Assembly: GCA_964016885.1 (NCBI GenBank)
Contig: OZ024744.1
Span: 130,448,001 to 130,512,000, forward strand
DNA length: 64,000 bases
Source of the DNA: Eledone cirrhosa
Taxonomy: Eukaryota
Direction: 5' to 3'
Each line of letters starts with the position of its first letter. Positions within the stretch are counted from its first letter, which is position 1. Under the pieces are notes generated by a model. It made no database searches and was not told the DNA's origin. It saw only the letters and a list, made by a program, of their open reading frames with translations. Shown one piece after another: positions 12,370 through 24,328 of this stretch. Made by a program: the position numbers and the translations under genes.

Positions 12370-15300
12370 AAGTTAAGTTGGGGTTAATTTAAGTTGGTTA
12401 GTTAAGTTGAGTTTAAGTTAAGTTGGGGTTAATTTAAGTTGGGGTTAAGTTAAGCTGGGGTTAAGTTAAGTTGGGGTTAAGTTAAGTTGGGGTTAATTTA
12501 AGTTGGGGTTATTTAAGTCGGGGTTAAGTTAAGTTGTGGTTGAGTTAAGTTTGGGTTAATTTAAGTTGGGGCTAAGTTAATTTGTGGTTAAGTTAAGTTT
12601 GGGTTAAGTTAAGTTGGGGTTAAGTTAAGTTGGGGTTGAGTTAAGTTGGGGTTGAGTTAATTTGGGGTTAAGTTAAGTTGGGGTTAAGTTAAGTTGGGTT
12701 TAAGTTAAGTTGGGGTTAAATTAAGTTGGGGTTAAATTAAGTTGGGGTTAAGTTAAGTTGGGGGTAAGTTAAGTTGGGGGCAAGTTAAGTTGGGGTTAAT
12801 TTAAGTTGGGGTTAAATTAAGTTGGGGTTACGTTAAGTTGGTGTTAAGTTAAGTTGGGGTTAATTTAAGTTGGGGTTGAGTTAAGTTGGGTTTCAGTTAA
12901 GTTGGGGATAAGTTAAGTTGGGGTTAAGTTAAGTTGGGGTTAATTAAGTTGGGGTTAAGTTAAGTTGGGGTTAAGTTAAGTTGGGGCTGAGTTAAGTTGG
13001 GGCTGAGTTAAGTTGGGGCTGAGTTAAGTTGGGGTTAAGTTAAGTTGGGGTTGAGTTAAGTTGGGGTTAAGTTAAGTTGGGGTCAAGTTAAGTTGGGGTT
13101 AAGTTGGGGTTAAGTTAAGTTAGGTTTAAGTTAAGTTGGGGTTAAGTTAAGTTGGGGTTAAGTTAAGTTGGGGTTAAGTTAAGTTGGGGTTAAGTTAAGT
13201 TGGGGTTAAGTTAAGTTGGGGTTAAGTTAAGTCGGAGTTAAGTTAAGTTGGGGTTAAGTTAAGTTGGGGTTAAGTTAAGTTGGGGTTAAGTTAAGTTGGG
13301 GTTAAGTTAAGTTGGGGTTAAGTTAAGTTGGGGTTAAGTTAAGTTGAGGTTAAGTTAAGTTGGGGTTAAATTTAGTTGGGGTTAAGTTAAGTTGGGGTTA
13401 AGTTAAGTTGGGGTTAAGTTAAGTTGGGGATAAGTTAAGTTGGGGATAATTTAAGTTGGGGTTAAGTTAAGTTGGGTTTAAGTTAAGTTGGGGTTAAGTT
13501 AAGTTGGGGATAAGTTAAGTTGGGGTTAAGTTAAGTTGGGGTTAAGTTAAGTTGGGGTTAAGTTAAGTTGGGGCTAAGTTAAGTTGGGGCTGAGTTAAGT
13601 TGGGGTTAAGTTAAGTTGGGGTTAAGTTAAGTTGGGGTTAATTTAAGTTGGGGTTTATTTAAGTTGGGGTTAAAATAAGTTGGGGTTCAGTTAAGTTGGA
13701 GTTAAGTTAAGTTGGGGTTAAGATGGGGTTAAATTAAGTTGGGGTTAAGTTAAGTTTGAGTTTAAGTTAAGTTGGGGTTAAGTTAAGTTGGGATTAAGTT
13801 AAGTTGGTTAGTTAAGTTGAGTTTAAGTTAAGTTGGGGTTAATTTAAGTTGGGCTTAAGTTAAGCTGGGGTTAAGTTAAGTTGGGGTTAAGTTAAGTTGG
13901 GGTTAATTTAAGTTGGGGTTAATTTAAGTCGGGGTTAAGTTAAGTTGTGGTTGAGTTAAGTTGGGGTTAATTTAAGTTGGGGCTAAGTTAATTTGTGGTT
14001 AAGTTAAGTTGGGGTTAAGTTAAGTTGGGGTTAAGTTAAGTTGGGGTTGAGTTAAGTTGGGGTTGAGTTAATTTGGGGTTAAGTTAAGTTGGGGTTAAGT
14101 TAAGTTGGGTTTAAGTTAAGTTGGGGTTAAATTAAGTTGGGGTTAAATTAAGTTGGGGTTAAGTTAAGTTGGGGGTAAGTTAAGTTGGGGGCAAGTTAAG
14201 TTGGGGTTAATTTAAGTTGGGGTTAAATTAAGTTGGGGTTACGTTAATTTGGTGTTAAGTTAAGTTGGGGTTAATTTAAGTTGGGGTTGAGTTAAGTTGG
14301 GGTTCAGTTAAGTTGGGGATAAGTTAAGTTGGGGTTAAGTTAAGTTGGGGTTAATTAAGTTGGGGTTAAGTTAAGTTGGGGTTAAGTTAAGTTGGGGCTA
14401 AGTTAAGTTGGGGCTGAGTTAAGTTGGGGCTGAGTTAATTTGTGGTTAAGTTAAGTTGTGGTTAAGTTAAGTTGGGGTTAAGTTAAGTTGGGGTTAAGTT
14501 AAGTCGGGGTTAAGTTAAGTTGGGGTTAAGTTAAGTTGGGGTTAATTTAAGTTGGGGTTAAGTTAAGTTGGGGTTAAGTTAAGTTGGGGTTAAGTTAAGT
14601 CGGGGTTAAGTTAAGTTGGGGTTAATTTAAGTTGGGGTTAAGTTAAGTTGGGGTTAATTTAAGTTGGTTAGTTAAGTTGAGTTTAAGTTAAGTTGGGGTT
14701 AATTTAAGTTGGGGTTAAGTTAAGCTGGGGTTAAGTTAAGTTGGGGTTAAGTTAAGTTGGGGTTAATTTAAGTTGGGGTTATTTAAGTCGGGGTTAAGTT
14801 AAGTTGTGGTTGAGTTAAGTTTGGGTTAATTTAAGTTGGGGCTAAGTTAATTTGTGGTTAAGTTAAGTTTGGGTTAATTTAAGTTGGGGTTAAGTTAAGT
14901 TGGGGTTGAGTTAAGTTGGGGTTGAGTTAATTTGGGGTTAAGTTAAGTTGGGGTTAAGTTAAGTTGGGTTTAAGTTAAGTTGGGGTTAAATTAAGTTGGG
15001 GTTAAATTAAGTTGGGGTTAAGTTAAGTTGGGGGTAAGTTAAGTTGGGGGTAAGTTAAGTTGGGGTTAATTTAAGTTGGGGTTAAATTAAGTTGGGGTTA
15101 CGTTAAGTTGGTGTTAAGTTAAGTTGGGGTTAATTTAAGTTGGGGTTGAGTTAAGTTGGGTTTCAGTTAAGTTGGGGATAAGTTAAGTTGGGGTTAAGTT
15201 AAGTTGGGGTTAATTAAGTTGGGGTTAAGTTAAGTTGGGGTTAAGTTAAGTTGGGGCTGAGTTAAGTTGGGGCTGAGTTAAGTTGGGGCTGAGTTAAGTT

Positions 15301-16700
15301 GGGGTTAAGTTAAGTTGGGGTTGAGTTAAGTTGGGGTTAAGTTAAGTTGGGGTCAAGTTAAGTTGGGGTTAAGTTGGGGTTAAGTTAAGTTAGGTTTAAG
15401 TTAAGTTGGGGTTAAGTTAAGTTGGGGTTAAGTTAAGTTGGGGTTAAGTTAAGTTGGGGTTAAGTTAAGTTGGGGTTAAGTTAAGTTGGGGTTAAGTTAA
15501 GTCGGAGTTAAGTTAAGTTGGGGTTAAGTTAAGTTGGGGTTAAGTTAAGTTGGGGTTAAGTTAAGTTGGGGTTAAGTTAAGTTGGGGTTAAGTTAAGTTG
15601 GGGTTAAGTTAAGTTGAGGTTAAGTTAAGTTGGGGTTAAATTAAGTTGGGGTTAAGTTAAGTTGGGGTTAAGTTAAGTTGGGGTTAAGTTAAGTTGGGGA
15701 TAAGTTAAGTTGGGGATAATTTAAGTTGGGGTTAAGTTAAGTTGGGTTTAAGTTAAGTTGGGGTTAAGTTAAGTTGGGGATAAGTTAAGTTGGGGTTAAG
15801 TTAAGTTGGGGTTAAGTTAAGTTGGGGTTAAGTTAAGTTGGGGCTAAGTTAAGTTGGGGCTGAGTTAAGTTGGGGTTAAGTTAAGTTGGGGTTAAGTTAA
15901 GTTGGGGTTAATTTAAGTTGGGGTTTATTTAAGTTGGGGTTAAAATAAGTTGGGGTTCAGTTAAGTTGGAGTTAAGTTAAGTTGGGGTTAAGATGGGGTT
16001 AAATTAAGTTGGGGTTAAGTTAAGTTTGAGTTTAAGTTAAGTTGGGGTTAAGTTAAGTTGGGATTAAGTTAAGTTGGTTAGTTAAGTTGAGTTTAAGTTA
16101 AGTTGGGGTTAATTTAAGTTGGGCTTAAGTTAAGCTGGGGTTAAGTTAAGTTGGGGTTAAGTTAAGTTGGGGTTAATTTAAGTTGGGGTTAATTTAAGTC
16201 GGGGTTAAGTTAAGTTGTGGTTGAGTTAAGTTGGGGTTAATTTAAGTTGGGGCTAAGTTAATTTGTGGTTAAGTTAAGTTGGGGTTAAGTTAAGTTGGGG
16301 TTAAGTTAAGTTGGGGTTGAGTTAAGTTGGGGTTGAGTTAATTTGGGGTTAAGTTAAGTTGGGGTTAAGTTAAGTTGGGTTTAAGTTAAGTTGGGGTTAA
16401 ATTAAGTTGGTGTTAAATTAAGTTGGGGTTAAGTTAAGTTGGGGGTAAGTTAAGTTGGGGGCAAGTTAAGTTGGGGTTAATTTAAGTTGGGGTTAAATTA
16501 AGTTGGGGTTACGTTAAGTTGGTGTTAAGTTAAGTTGGGGTTAATTTAAGTTGGGGTTGAGTTAAGTTGGGGTTCAGTTAAGTTGGGGATAAGTTAAGTT
16601 GGGGTTAAGTTAAGTTGGGGTTAATTAAGTTGGGGTTAAGTTAAGTTGGGGTTAAGTTAAGTTGGGGCTAAGTTAAGTTGGGGCTGAGTTAAGTTGGGGC
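12370..16700 (+). repeat. Higher-order tandem duplication, offset 2270 bp (boundaries approximate)
   Basis: Rare variants recur at +2270: ATTTAAGTCG 12511/14781, TTTCAGTTAA 12891/15161, GTCGGAGTTA 13231/15501. Confidence 0.85.
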
Positions 16701-18044
16701 TGAGTTAAGTTGGGGTTAAGTTAAGTTGGGGTTGAGTTAAGTTGGGGTTAAGTTAAGTTGGGGTCAAGTTAAGTTGGGGTTAAGTTGGGGTTAAGTTAAG
16801 TTAGGTTTAAGTTAAGTTGGGGTTAAGTTAAGTTGGGGTTAAGTTAAGTTGGGGTTAAGTTAAGTTGGGGTTAAGTTAATTTGTGGTTTAGTTAAGTTTG
16901 GGTTAAGTTAAGTTGGGGTTAAGTTAAGTTGGGGTTAAGTTAAGTCGTGGTTAAGTTAAGTTGGGGTTAAGTTAAGTTGGAGTTAAGTTAAGTTGGGGTT
17001 AAGTTAAGTTGGGGTTAAGTTAAGTTGGGGTTAAGTTAAGTTGGGGTTAAGTTAAGTTGAGGTTAAGTTAAGTTGGGGTTAAATTAAGTTGGGGTTAAGT
17101 TAAGTTGGGGTTAAGTTAAGTTGGGGATAAGTTAAGTTGGGGATAATTTAAGTTGGGGTTAAGTTAAGTTGGGGTTAAGTTAAGTTGGGGTTAAGTTAAG
17201 TTGGGGATAAGTTAAGTTGGGGTTAAGTTAAGTTGGGGTTAAGTTAAGTTGGGGTTAAGTTAAGTTGGGGCTAAGTTAAGTTGGGGCTGAGTTAAGTTGG
17301 GGTTAAGTTAAGTTGGGGGTTAAGTTAAGTTGGGGTTAATTTAAGTTGGGGTTTATTTAAGTTGGGGTTAAGTTAAGTTGGGGTTAAGATGGGGTTAAAT
17401 TAAGTTGGGGTTAAGTTAAGTTGGGGTTAAGTTAAGTTGGGGTTAAGTTAAGTTGGGGTTAAGTTAAGTCGGGGTTAAGTTAAGTTAGGGTTGAGTTAAG
17501 TTGGGGTTAAGTTAAGTTGGGGTTGAGTTAAGTTGGGGTTGAGTTAAATTGGGGTTGAGTTAAGTTGGGGTTGAGTTAAGTTGGTGTTGAGTTAAGTTGG
17601 GGTTAAGTTAAGTTGGGGTTAAGTTAAGTTGCAGTTAAGTTAAGTTGAGGTTAAGTTAAGGTGCGGTTAAGTTAAGTTGGGGTTAAGTTAAGTTGGGGCT
17701 AATTTAAGTTGGGGCTAAGTTAAGTTGGGGCTAAGTTAAGTTGGGGTTAAGTTACGTTGGGGTTAAGTTAAGTCGGGGTTAAGTTAAGTTGGGGTTAAGT
17801 TAAGTTGGGGTTAATTTAAGTTGGGGTTAAGTTAAGTTGGGGTTAAGTTAAGTTGGGGTTAAGTTAAGTTGGGGTTAAGTTGGGTTTAAGTTAAGTTGGG
17901 GTTAAGTTAAGTTGGGGTCAAGGTAAGTTGGGGTTAAGTTAAGTTGGTTAGTTAAGTTGAGTTTAAGTTAAGTTGGGGTTAATTTAAGTTGGGGTTAAGT
18001 TAAGTTGGGGTTAAGGTAAGTTGGGGTTAAGTTAAGTTGGGGTT

Positions 18045-18260
18045 AACCCCAACTTAACTTAACCCCAACTTAATTTAACCCCAACTTCACTCAACCCCAA
18101 CGTAACTCAACCCCAATTTAACTTAACCCCAACTTCACTCAACCCCAACTTAACTTAACCCCAACTTCACTCAATCCCAACTTAAGTCAACCCCAACTTA
18201 ACTTAACCCCAACTTGACTTAACCCCAACTTAACTTAGCCCCAACTTAACTTAAGCCCAA
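18045..18260 (-). repeat. Inverted satellite island 4 (216-bp class)
   Basis: Same junctions and variants as island 3 plus AACTTAATTTAAC. Confidence 0.95.
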
Positions 18261-21190
18261 AGTCGGGGTTAAGTTAAGTTGGGGTTAAGTTAAGTTGCGG
18301 TTAAGTTGGGGTTAAGTTAAGTTAGGGTTAAGTTAAGTTGGGGTTAAGTTGGGGTTAAGTTAAGTTAGGGTTAAGTTAAGTTGGCGTTGAGTTAAGTTGG
18401 GGTTAATTAAGTGGTGGTTATGTTAAGTTGGGGTTAATTTAAATTGGGGTGAAGTTAACTTTGTGGTTAAGTTAAGTTGGGGTTAAGTTAAGTTGGGGTT
18501 AATTTGGGGTTGAGTTAAGTTGGGGTTGAGTGAAGTTGGGGTTAAGTTAAGTTGGGGTTAAGTTAAGTTGGGGATAAGTTAAGTTGGGGATAATTTAAGT
18601 TGGGGTTAAGTTAAGTTGGGTTTAAGTTAAGTTGGGGTTAAGTTAAGTTGGGGATAAGTTAAGTTGGGGTTAAGTTAAGTTGGGGTTAAGTTAAGTTGGG
18701 GTTAAGTTAAGTTGGGGCTAAGTTAAGTTGGGGCTGAGTTAAGTTGGGGTTAAGTTAAGTTGGGGTTAAGTTAAGTTGGGGTTAATTTAAGTTGGGGTTT
18801 ATTTAAGTTGGGGTTAAGTTAAGTTGGGGTTCAGTTAAGTTGGAGTTAAGTTAAGTTGGGGTTAAGATGGGGTTAAATTAAGTTGGGGTTAAGTTAAGTT
18901 TGAGTTTAAGTTAAGTTGGGGTTAAGTTAAGTTGGGGTTAAGTTAAGTTGGGATTAAGTTAAGTTGGTTAGTTAAGTTGAGTTTAAGTTAAGTTGGGGTT
19001 AATTTAAGTTGGGGTTAAGTTAAGCTGGGGTTAAGTTAAGTTGGGGTTAAGTTAAGTTGGGGTTAATTTAAGTTGGGGTTAATTTAAGTCGGGGTTAAGT
19101 TAAGTTGTGGTTGAGTTAAGTTGGGGTTAATTTAAGTTGGGGCTAAGTTAATTTGTGGTTAAGTTAAGTTGGGGTTAAGTTAAGTTGGGGTTAAGTTAAG
19201 TTGGGGTTGAGTTAAGTTGGGGTTGAGTTAATTTGGGGTTAAGTTAAGTTGGGGTTAAGTTAAGTTGGGTTTAAGTTAAGTTGGGCTTAAATTAAGTTGG
19301 GGTTAAGTTAAGTTGGGGGTAAGTTAAGTTGGGGGCAAGTTAAGTTGGGGTTAATTTAAGTTGGGGTTAAATTAAGTTGGGGTTACGTTAAGTTGGTGTT
19401 AAGTTAAGTTGGGGTTAATTTAAGTTGGGGTTGAGTTAAGTTGGGGTTCAGTTAAGTTGGGGATAAGTTAAGTTGGGGTTAAGTTAAGTTGGGGTTAATT
19501 AAGTTGGGGTTAAGTTAAGTTGGGGTTAAGTTAAGTTGGGGCTAAGTTAAGTTGGGGCTGAGTTAAGTTGGGGCTGAGTTAAGTTGGGGTTAAGTTAAGT
19601 TGGGGTTGAGTTAAGTTGGGGTTAAGTTAAGTTGGGGTCAAGTTAAGTTGGGGTTAAGTTGGGGTTAAGTTAAGTTAGGTTTAAGTTAAGTTGGGGTTAA
19701 GTTAAGTTGGGGTTAAGTTAAGTTGGGGTTAAGTTAAGTTGGGGTTAAGTTAATTTGTGGTTTAGTTAAGTTTGGGTTAAGTTAAGTTGGGGTTAAGTTA
19801 AGTTGGGGTTAAGTTAAGTCGTGGTTAAGTTACGTTGGGGTTAAGTTAAGTTGGAGTTAAGTTAAGTTGGGGTTAAGTTAAGTTGGGGTTAAGTTAAGTT
19901 GGGGTTAAGTTAAGTTGGGGTTAAGTTAAGTTGAGGTTTAGTTAAGTTGGGGTTAAATTAAGTTGGGGTTAAGTTAAGTTGGGGTTAAGTTAAGTTGGGG
20001 ATAAGTTAAGTTGGGGATAATTTAAGTTGGGGTTAAGTTAAGTTGGGGTTAAGTTAAGTTGGGGTTAAGTTAAGTTGGGGTTAAGTTAAGTCGTGGTTAA
20101 GTTAAGTTGGGGTTAAGTTAAGTTGGAGTTAAGTTAAGTTGGGGTTAAGTTAAGTTGGGGTTAAGTTAAGTTGGGGTTAAGTTAAGTTGGGGTTAAGTTA
20201 AGTTGAGGTTAAGTTAAGTTGGGGTTAAATTAAGTTGGGGTTAAGTTAAGTTGGGGTTAAGTTAAGTTGGGGATAAGTTAAGTTGGGGATAATTTAAGTT
20301 GGGGTTAAGTTAAGTTGGGGTTAAGTTAAGTTGGGGTTAAGTTAAGTTGGGGATAAGTTAAGTTGGGGTTAAGTTAAGTTGGGGTTAAGTTAAGTTGGGG
20401 TTAAGTTAAGTTGGGGCTAAGTTAAGTTGGGGCTGAGTTAAGTTGGGGTTAAGTTAAGTTGGGGGTTAAGTTAAGTTGGGGTTAATTTAAGTTGGGGTTT
20501 ATTTAAGTTGGGGTTAAGTTAAGTTGGGGTTAAGATGGGGTTAAATTAAGTTGGGGTTAAGTTAAGTTGGGGTTAAGTTAAGTTGGGGTTAAGTTAAGTT
20601 GGGGTTAAGTTAAGTCGGGGTTAAGTTAAGTTAGGGTTGAGTTAAGTTGGGGTTAAGTTAAGTTGGGGTTGAGTTAAGTTGGGGTTGAGTTAAATTGGGG
20701 TTGAGTTAAGTTGGGGTTGAGTTAAGTTGGTGTTGAGTTAAGTTGGGGTTAAGTTAAGTTGGGGTTAAGTTAAGTTGCAGTTAAGTTAAGTTGAGGTTAA
20801 GTTAAGGTGCGGTTAAGTTAAGTTGGGGTTAAGTTAAGTTGGGGCTAATTTAAGTTGGGGCTAAGTTAAGTTGGGGCTAAGTTAAGTTGGGGTTAAGTTA
20901 CGTTGGGGTTAAGTTAAGTCGGGGTTAAGTTAAGTTGGGGTTAAGTTAAGTTGGGGTTAATTTAAGTTGGGGTTAAGTTAAGTTGGGGTTAAGTTAAGTT
21001 GGGGTTAAGTTAAGTTGGGGTTAAGTTGGGTTTAAGTTAAGTTGGGGTTAAGTTAAGTTGGGGTCAAGGTAAGTTGGGGTTAAGTTAAGTTGGTTAGTTA
21101 AGTTGAGTTTAAGTTAAGTTGGGGTTAATTTAAGTTGGGGTTAAGTTAAGTTGGGGTTAAGGTAAGTTGGGGTTAAGTTAAGTTGGGGTT

Positions 21191-21406
21191 AACCCCAACT
21201 TAACTTAACCCCAACTTAATTTAACCCCAACTTCACTCAACCCCAACGTAACTCAACCCCAATTTAACTTAACCCCAACTTCACTCAACCCCAACTTAAC
21301 TTAACCCCAACTTCACTCAATCCCAACTTAAGTCAACCCCAACTTAACTTAACCCCAACTTGACTTAACCCCAACTTAACTTAGCCCCAACTTAACTTAA
21401 GCCCAA
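21191..21406 (-). repeat. Inverted satellite island 5 (216-bp class)
   Basis: Matches island 4 including AACTTAATTTAAC; offset 3146 bp. Confidence 0.95.
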
Positions 21407-24112
21407 AGTCGGGGTTAAGTTAAGTTGGGGTTAAGTTAAGTTGCGGTTAAGTTGGGGTTAAGTTAAGTTAGGGTTAAGTTAAGTTGGGGTTAAGTTGGGG
21501 TTAAGTTAAGTTAGGGTTAAGTTAAGTTGGCGTTGAGTTAAGTTGGGGTTAATTAAGTGGTGGTTATGTTAAGTTGGGGTTAATTTAAATTGGGGTGAAG
21601 TTAACTTTGTGGTTAAGTTAAGTTGGGGTTAAGTTAAGTTGGGGTTAATTTGGGGTTGAGTTAAGTTGGGGTTGAGTGAAGTTGGGGTTAAGTTAAGTTG
21701 GGGTTAAGTTAAGTTGGGGATAAGTTAAGTTGGGGATAATTTAAGTTGGGGTTAAGTTAAGTTGGGTTTAAGTTAAGTTGGGGTTAAGTTAAGTTGGGGA
21801 TAAGTTAAGTTGGGGTTAAGTTAAGTTGGGGTTAAGTTAAGTTGGGGTTAAGTTAAGTTGGGGCTAAGTTAAGTTGGGGCTGAGTTAAGTTGGGGTTAAG
21901 TTAAGTTGGGGTTAAGTTAAGTTGGGGTTAATTTAAGTTGGGGTTTATTTAAGTTGGGGTTAAGTTAAGTTGGGGTTCAGTTAAGTTGGAGTTAAGTTAA
22001 GTTGGGGTTAAGATGGGGTTAAATTAAGTTGGGGTTAAGTTAAGTTTGAGTTTAAGTTAAGTTGGGGTTAAGTTAAGTTGGGGTTAAGTTAAGTTGGGAT
22101 TAAGTTAAGTTGGTTAGTTAAGTTGAGTTTAAGTTAAGTTGGGGTTAATTTAAGTTGGGGTTAAGTTAAGCTGGGGTTAAGTTAAGTTGGGGTTAAGTTA
22201 AGTTGGGGTTAATTTAAGTTGGGGTTAATTTAAGTCGGGGTTAAGTTAAGTTGTGGTTGAGTTAAGTTGGGGTTAATTTAAGTTGGGGCTAAGTTAATTT
22301 GTGGTTAAGTTAAGTTGGGGTTAAGTTAAGTTGGGGTTAAGTTAAGTTGGGGTTGAGTTAAGTTGGGGTTGAGTTAATTTGGGGTTAAGTTAAGTTGGGG
22401 TTAAGTTAAGTTGGGTTTAAGTTAAGTTGGGGTTAAATTAAGTTGGGGTTAAGTTAAGTTGGGGGTAAGTTAAGTTGGGGGCAAGTTAAGTTGGGGTTAA
22501 TTTAAGTTGGGGTTAAATTAAGTTGGGGTTACGTTAAGTTGGTGTTAAGTTAAGTTGGGGTTAATTTAAGTTGGGGTTGAGTTAAGTTGGGGTTCAGTTA
22601 AGTTGGGGATAAGTTAAGTTGGGGTTAAGTTAAGTTGGGGTTAATTAAGTTGGGGTTAAGTTAAGTTGGGGTTAAGTTAAGTTGGGGCTAAGTTAAGTTG
22701 GGGCTGAGTTAAGTTGGGGCTGAGTTAAGTTGGGGTTAAGTTAAGTTGGGGTTGAGTTAAGTTGGGGTTAAGTTAAGTTGGGGTCAAGTTAAGTTGGGGT
22801 TAAGTTGGGGTTAAGTTAAGTTAGGTTTAAGTTAAGTTGGGGTTAAGTTAAGTTGGGGTTAAGTTAAGTTGGGGTTAAGTTAAGTTGGGGTTAAGTTAAT
22901 TTGTGGTTTAGTTAAGTTTGGGTTAAGTTAAGTTGGGGTTAAGTTAAGTTGGGGTTAAGTTAAGTCGTGGTTAAGTTACGTTGGGGTTAAGTTAAGTTGG
23001 AGTTAAGTTAAGTTGGGGTTAAGTTAAGTTGGGGTTAAGTTAAGTTGGGGTTAAGTTAAGTTGGGGTTAAGTTAAGTTGAGGTTTAGTTAAGTTGGGGTT
23101 AAATTAAGTTGGGGTTAAGTTAAGTTGGGGTTAAGTTAAGTTGGGGATAAGTTAAGTTGGGGATAATTTAAGTTGGGGTTAAGTTAAGTTGGGGTTAAGT
23201 TAAGTTGGGGTTAAGTTAAGTTGGGGATAAGTTAAGTTGGGGTTAAGTTAAGTTGGGGTTAAGTTAAGTTGGGGTTAAGTTAAGTTGGGGCTAAGTTAAG
23301 TTGGGGCTGAGTTAAGTTGGGGTTAAGTTAAGTTGGGGGTTAAGTTAAGTTGGGGTTAATTTAAGTTGGGGTTTATTTAAGTTGGGGTTAAGTTAAGTTG
23401 GGGTTCATTTAAGTTGGGGTTAAGTTAAGTTGGGGTTAAGATGGGGTTAAATTAAGTTGGGGTTAAGTTAAGTTGGGGTTAAGTTAAGTTGGGGTTAAGT
23501 TAAGTTGGGGTTAAGTTAAGTCGGGGTTAAGTTAAGTTGGGGTTAAGTTAAGTTAGGGTTGAGTTAAGTTGGGGTTAAGTTAAGTTGGGGTTGAGTTAAG
23601 TTGGGGTTGAGTTAAATTGGGGTTGAGTTAAGTTGGGGTTGAGTTAAGTTGGTGTTGAGTTAAGTTGGGGTTAAGTTAAGTTGGGGTTAAGTTAAGTTGC
23701 AGTTAAGTTAAGTTGAGGTTAAGTTAAGGTGCGGTTAAGTTAAGTTGGGGTTAAGTTAAGTTGGGGCTAAGTTAAGTTGGGGCTAAGTTAAGTTGGGGCT
23801 AAGTTAAGTTGGGGTTAAGTTACGTTGGGGTTAAGTTAAGTCGGGGTTAAGTTAAGTTGGGGTTAAGTTAAGTTGGGGTTAATTTAAGTTGGGGTTAAGT
23901 TAAGTTGGGGTTAAGTTAAGTTGGGGTTAAGTTAAGTTGGGGTTAAGTTGGGTTTAAGTTAAGTTGGGGTTAAGTTAAGTTGGGGTCAAGGTAAGTTGGG
24001 GTTAAGTTAAGTTGGTTAGTTAAGTTGAGTTTAAGTTAAGTTGGGGTTAATTTAAGTTGGGGTTAAGTTAAGTTGGGGTTAAGTTAAGTTGGGGTTAAGT
24101 TAAGTTGGGGTT

Positions 24113-24328
24113 AACCCCAACTTAACTTAACCCCAACTTAACTTAACCCCAACTTCACTCAACCCCAACGTAACTCAACCCCAATTTAACTTAACCCCAA
24201 CTTCACTCAACCCCAACTTAACTTAACCCCAACTTCACTCAATCCCAACTTAAGTCAACCCCAACTTAACTTAACCCCAACTTGACTTAACCCCAACTTA
24301 ACTTAGCCCCAACTTAACTTAAGCCCAA
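24113..24328 (-). repeat. Inverted satellite island 6 (216-bp class)
   Basis: Entry GGGGTT|AACCCC, variants CCCCAATTTAAC and CTCAATCCCAA, standard exit. Confidence 0.95.

Larger units (their letters stand above)
16930..23200 (+). repeat. Higher-order tandem duplication, offset 3146 bp (boundaries approximate)
   Basis: GTCGTGG 16944/20090 and islands 18045/21191 are both offset by 3146 with the same order of intervening variants. Confidence 0.85.
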